This document shows, one piece after another, positions 16,784-19,303 of a stretch of 19,303 nt of DNA; the first letter of the stretch is position 1; each line of letters begins with the position of its first letter. The translations under genes were made by a program, and so were the position numbers. The notes under the pieces were generated by a model. It saw only the letters and a program-made list of their open reading frames with translations. It was not told the origin of the DNA and did no database searches. This stretch comes from a virus: UHGV virus genome UHGV-0121367; one strand, 5' to 3'.

Positions 16784-17457
16784 TGGCCGAATTTGGCGCG
16801 ATGATATTAATGGATAACGGGAATCCCTTTGTAACGCCACAATCAACGCCTTTCTGTCTTTACGGGAAGTATACCTTCAATTCATCCGCGAATGGCAGTT
16901 CTCAGCAGGTTGCTCAAAATATCGCTTTAAACGCTGATTACCCAGTGATGGTTTTTATCAAAACCACCAATACAGCACAGCCCACTCCGGTTATGTCTTA
17001 CAGGAACGGCGGTAATGTGTATGTTGCTGGTGTTAATCCCTACAACCAAAGTTTCACTTTAACGGCGTACGTTTTTGCCATATTCCCGCAGATATTACCG
17101 AAATGGGGTTTGGCAATATGGGATGCGAGCGGAAAGCTTGTGTTAACTAATGAGTCCCGTGTGCTATCAGACCTGCAGACGGTTGGCACGCCTGGTGCAA
17201 ACGGCGGGATAAATATTGACCAGACGCTGAGCGGGTCATGGGCCGTTGCACCTGCTCAGTTGGGTCAGACCATCATTGTGAATAATTCAACCCAGCCTCC
17301 GACTATCTACACGATAAATGCTTATTCTTCATGCAGGTTTGACGGGGCCAATACGAGGATAAACGCAGGGGGGACCTCCACTGGGGCAGGTTCACCTGGA
17401 GGGGGAACGAATACTGGCATTTCATTAACCGCCATAAATACAGCGGCCTATGATTGA
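16783..17457 (+). CDS. Hypothetical protein (224 aa) with Gly-rich C-terminus, apparently built from two copies of the module in the upstream ORF
   Basis: Start overlaps the upstream stop (TAATG). The N-terminus MAEFGAMILMDNGNP parallels MAYGIQTWDASGNP of the preceding ORF. The internal segment KWGLAIWDASGKLV...LSGSWAV repeats the same motif. Confidence 0.72.
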   Translation: MAEFGAMILMDNGNPFVTPQSTPFCLYGKYTFNSSANGSSQQVAQNIALNADYPVMVFIKTTNTAQPTPVMSYRNGGNVYVAGVNPYNQSFTLTAYVFAIFPQILPKWGLAIWDASGKLVLTNESRVLSDLQTVGTPGANGGINIDQTLSGSWAVAPAQLGQTIIVNNSTQPPTIYTINAYSSCRFDGANTRINAGGTSTGAGSPGGGTNTGISLTAINTAAYD

Positions 17458-17507
17458 TTGATCGTTTTTAGCGATCAATAACATAATATTGATCTATCCA
17501 ATCAATT
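17457..17507. promoter_or_regulatory. Operator-like cluster of ATTGAT inverted repeats with three GATC sites, upstream of the small lipoprotein gene
   Basis: attgatcg (17457-17464) and cgatcaat (17472-17479) are perfect 8-bp inverted repeats with a 7-nt spacer. A second pair is attgat (17488-17493) and atcaat (17501-17506). GATC occurs at 17460, 17473 and 17491. The region is AT-rich and intergenic. Confidence 0.45.
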
Positions 17508-17568
17508 ATACCCACCAGAATTGTATTGGTATCGTCTAAGATACTGAATTCCTCTGGATACTATCAAA

Positions 17569-17802
17569 ATGAGAAAACTGATTATCTGCATGGCAGGCGC
17601 TGTCATGCTTACAGGATGCGCTGGCGTAATTGAGAAACAGGAACCAGTTTGCAGCGGCACTGCAATCGTTGGCGGTCAGGAAACTACGGTTCAGATTTAC
17701 GGTGTGCGTAAACAAAACAACCAGACGCAGTACCGGGCTGGATATCCTTTCAGCTGGCGCTGGGTAAGTGCGAATACATTTACCGAAACAACCTGCAAAT
17801 AA
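17569..17802 (+). CDS. Small outer-membrane lipoprotein (77 aa); candidate Cor/Llp-like superinfection exclusion protein
   Basis: N-terminus MRKLIICMAGAVMLTGC has a canonical lipobox LTGC with Ala at +2. Two further Cys (C28, C76). Size and position (downstream of J, before the tail fibre) match Cor-type exclusion lipoproteins of lambdoid phages. The functional call is inference. Confidence 0.6.
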   Translation: MRKLIICMAGAVMLTGCAGVIEKQEPVCSGTAIVGGQETTVQIYGVRKQNNQTQYRAGYPFSWRWVSANTFTETTCK

Positions 17803-17823
17803 CCCACTACGCTTAAACATAAA

Positions 17824-17846
17824 CCTCGCCCCGGCGGGTTTTTTAT
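17824..17846 (+). terminator. Probable intrinsic terminator after the lipoprotein gene
   Basis: GC-rich imperfect hairpin (cctcgcc / ggcggg) followed by ttttttatt at 17839-17847. Confidence 0.5.
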
Positions 17847-17863
17847 TATCTGGAGAAAATAAA

Positions 17864-19000
17864 ATGATCTATACAACCGGCACTATCGCTGTCAGCGGTA
17901 ATACTCTGACCGGCACCGGAACTAATTTTACTGCTGCGGGTTCATTAATTCGGAACGGCTGCACTGTTATTGCACTGACAAATCCGGCACAGGTATTTCA
18001 GATTACTGCAATTAACAGCGCTACGAGTCTCACTGTAACGCCTGCTGCCAGCCCAGCAATTCCAGCCGGTACGAAATATTCAATTCTGCTGAGTGATAGT
18101 CTGAGCGTTGATGGGCTGGCGCAAGATATTGCCGAGACGTTCACTCTGTACCAGCGCAATATGAGCGGATTCGCTGACGTAATGAACGGCACAGGGGACG
18201 TGACAATTACGATTAACGGTGTGGCTGTGACCGTTCCTGGTCAGAAATCGCTAGCGAAGAAAGGGGCAAATAAGGACATTACGAGCCTGACCGGGTTAAC
18301 TACAGCGCTTAGTATCGCTCAGGGCGGCACCGGTGGCAAAACAGCAGCAGAGGCCCGCACATACCTCGGTTTAGGAAGTAGTGCGACAAAGGATGTCGGA
18401 ACTGCGGCAGGGAATGTTATGCAGGTGGGAGCTTTTGGGGTTGGTGCTGCTCTCGAAAATAAGCCCACAGATGCCAGTTCATCCTTCATCAGTGATGCTG
18501 CTGGCAATACTCTGTGGGCTCCTGCGAATGGCTGTGGGTTTCAGAGTTCCTACACCGAGCAGCGAATTGCGCAGCTGTGGATTACTTACGGTGGTGCGAT
18601 GTTCAGCCGTTTTCTAACAACCACTGATGACCCTCAAACACCAAAATCATCAGTGCCGTGGGCGCAGATGCAGTCTGCAGGTACATCGGACATAAATTTC
18701 AAGAAGGTTACTGGAGAACTTAATTTAGAAGTGTCTCTGGCCAACATCGTGGCAATGGATTTTAAGACCTTCTACTACCTTGCTGATGAAGAGAAAACGA
18801 TACGCCGAGGTGTTGTTGCTCAGGAACTGGAAAAGATAGATCCGCAATATGTTCACTCGGCTGAGGAGTCGGGGAAAATGACCCTAGACCTCAATCCTCT
18901 GGTGCTCGATGCGCTGGCGGCAATCAAAGAGCTGGCAATCCGCGTCAGCGCATTAGAGGGCGACGCTAAATCTCCGGCTTCTGGCTCATCCGCTGGTTAA
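17864..19000 (+). CDS. Tail fibre protein with a C-terminal intramolecular chaperone (Peptidase S74-like auto-cleaving) domain
   Basis: ATG at 17864 preceded by GGAG at 17852-17855. The upstream ATG at 17768 would overlap the lipoprotein gene and terminator. The C-terminal approximately 100 aa carry S74-type hallmarks: GTSDINFKK (Ser-Asp...Lys at the predicted cleavage site, Ser about residue 275), RRGVVAQELEKIDPQYV, and a terminal helical ...LDALAAIKELAIRVSALE. Confidence 0.82.
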   Translation: MIYTTGTIAVSGNTLTGTGTNFTAAGSLIRNGCTVIALTNPAQVFQITAINSATSLTVTPAASPAIPAGTKYSILLSDSLSVDGLAQDIAETFTLYQRNMSGFADVMNGTGDVTITINGVAVTVPGQKSLAKKGANKDITSLTGLTTALSIAQGGTGGKTAAEARTYLGLGSSATKDVGTAAGNVMQVGAFGVGAALENKPTDASSSFISDAAGNTLWAPANGCGFQSSYTEQRIAQLWITYGGAMFSRFLTTTDDPQTPKSSVPWAQMQSAGTSDINFKKVTGELNLEVSLANIVAMDFKTFYYLADEEKTIRRGVVAQELEKIDPQYVHSAEESGKMTLDLNPLVLDALAAIKELAIRVSALEGDAKSPASGSSAG

Positions 19001-19303
19001 ACAGTGAATCTGCGGGCATATCCAAGCGAACATCGATCCAGCTGTTCGCCGGTACGTCCATCGGTTCACCTTTGGTTTTGATGATTTCACCTTCATCGCT
19101 CAACATGTATTTGTGCTTAAACAGGCGGATTGTCAGCTCGCCGTTGTCGGTTTGCACTGCCTCAACCACGCCCAGTTCTCCCATGCCGCCTGGGTCCATT
19201 GGCGGCAGTATCTGCCATCCCTCAGAAGCCAGGCCTGCCGAACCGGCGAGCACGTAAACACCGACGTCGAGACGAAAAAGAGTTATTCCCTCCGCCTCAG
19301 AGT
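18966..19303 (-). CDS. Hypothetical protein, minus strand, running off the window edge and overlapping the tail fibre 3' end by 35 nt
   Basis: ORF track 18966..19253 (-) starts at a GTG. The same frame stays open upstream to the window end at 19303, so the true start is probably outside the window. No family recognised. Confidence 0.4.
   Translation of the reverse strand, partial: SEAEGITLFRLDVGVYVLAGSAGLASEGWQILPPMDPGGMGELGVVEAVQTDNGELTIRLFKHKYMLSDEGEIIKTKGEPMDVPANSWIDVRLDMPADSLFNQRMSQKPEI

Noticed and set aside
16480-17460. lom, stf and tfa homologues expected downstream of J by analogy with lambda
   Set aside because: I looked for them but the post-J genes do not resemble Lom (a beta-barrel outer-membrane protein of about 200 aa) or lambda Stf/Tfa. 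The locus has different content.
17768-17863. Upstream ATG start for the tail fibre (the 410-aa version in the ORF track)
   Set aside because: It would begin inside the lipoprotein gene and read through the putative terminator. The ATG at 17864 has a GGAG RBS and a plausible fibre N-terminus.

Overview
The window is almost entirely the late (morphogenesis) operon of a lambda-like siphovirus, most likely a prophage in an enterobacterial genome. All core genes are on the + strand in lambda order: C (5' end cut by the window) with nested Nu3, D, E, FI, FII, Z, U, V, G with the -1 frameshifted T frame, H, M, L, K, I, J, then two coupled post-J genes, a small lipoprotein gene and a short tail fibre gene. 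Lambda gene names are assigned from protein similarity and synteny recalled from memory, not from a database search. Two short AT-rich islands interrupt the otherwise collinear tail-tip module, and these are the best candidates for accessory or undescribed functions. The first (about 10387-10932, between K and I) encodes a cysteine-containing lipoprotein with its own intrinsic terminator. The second (about 11521-12010, between I and J) carries two convergent, 3'-overlapping small ORFs, one antisense to the late operon, and ends in a + strand terminator just before J. Other notable points are a J gene about 350 codons longer than lambda J with diverged tandem repeats of about 405-426 bp, a perfect 9-bp tandem repeat inside FI, a variant G-T slippery heptamer (GGAAAAG), a pair of post-J genes built from a repeated module of about 100 aa, a 77-aa lipoprotein preceded by operator-like ATTGAT inverted repeats, and a tail fibre with a C-terminal self-cleaving chaperone-like domain. 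No integrase, tRNA, rRNA, CRISPR array or att site was seen, so prophage boundaries cannot be set from this window. All coordinates were read by hand from the sequence and ORF track.
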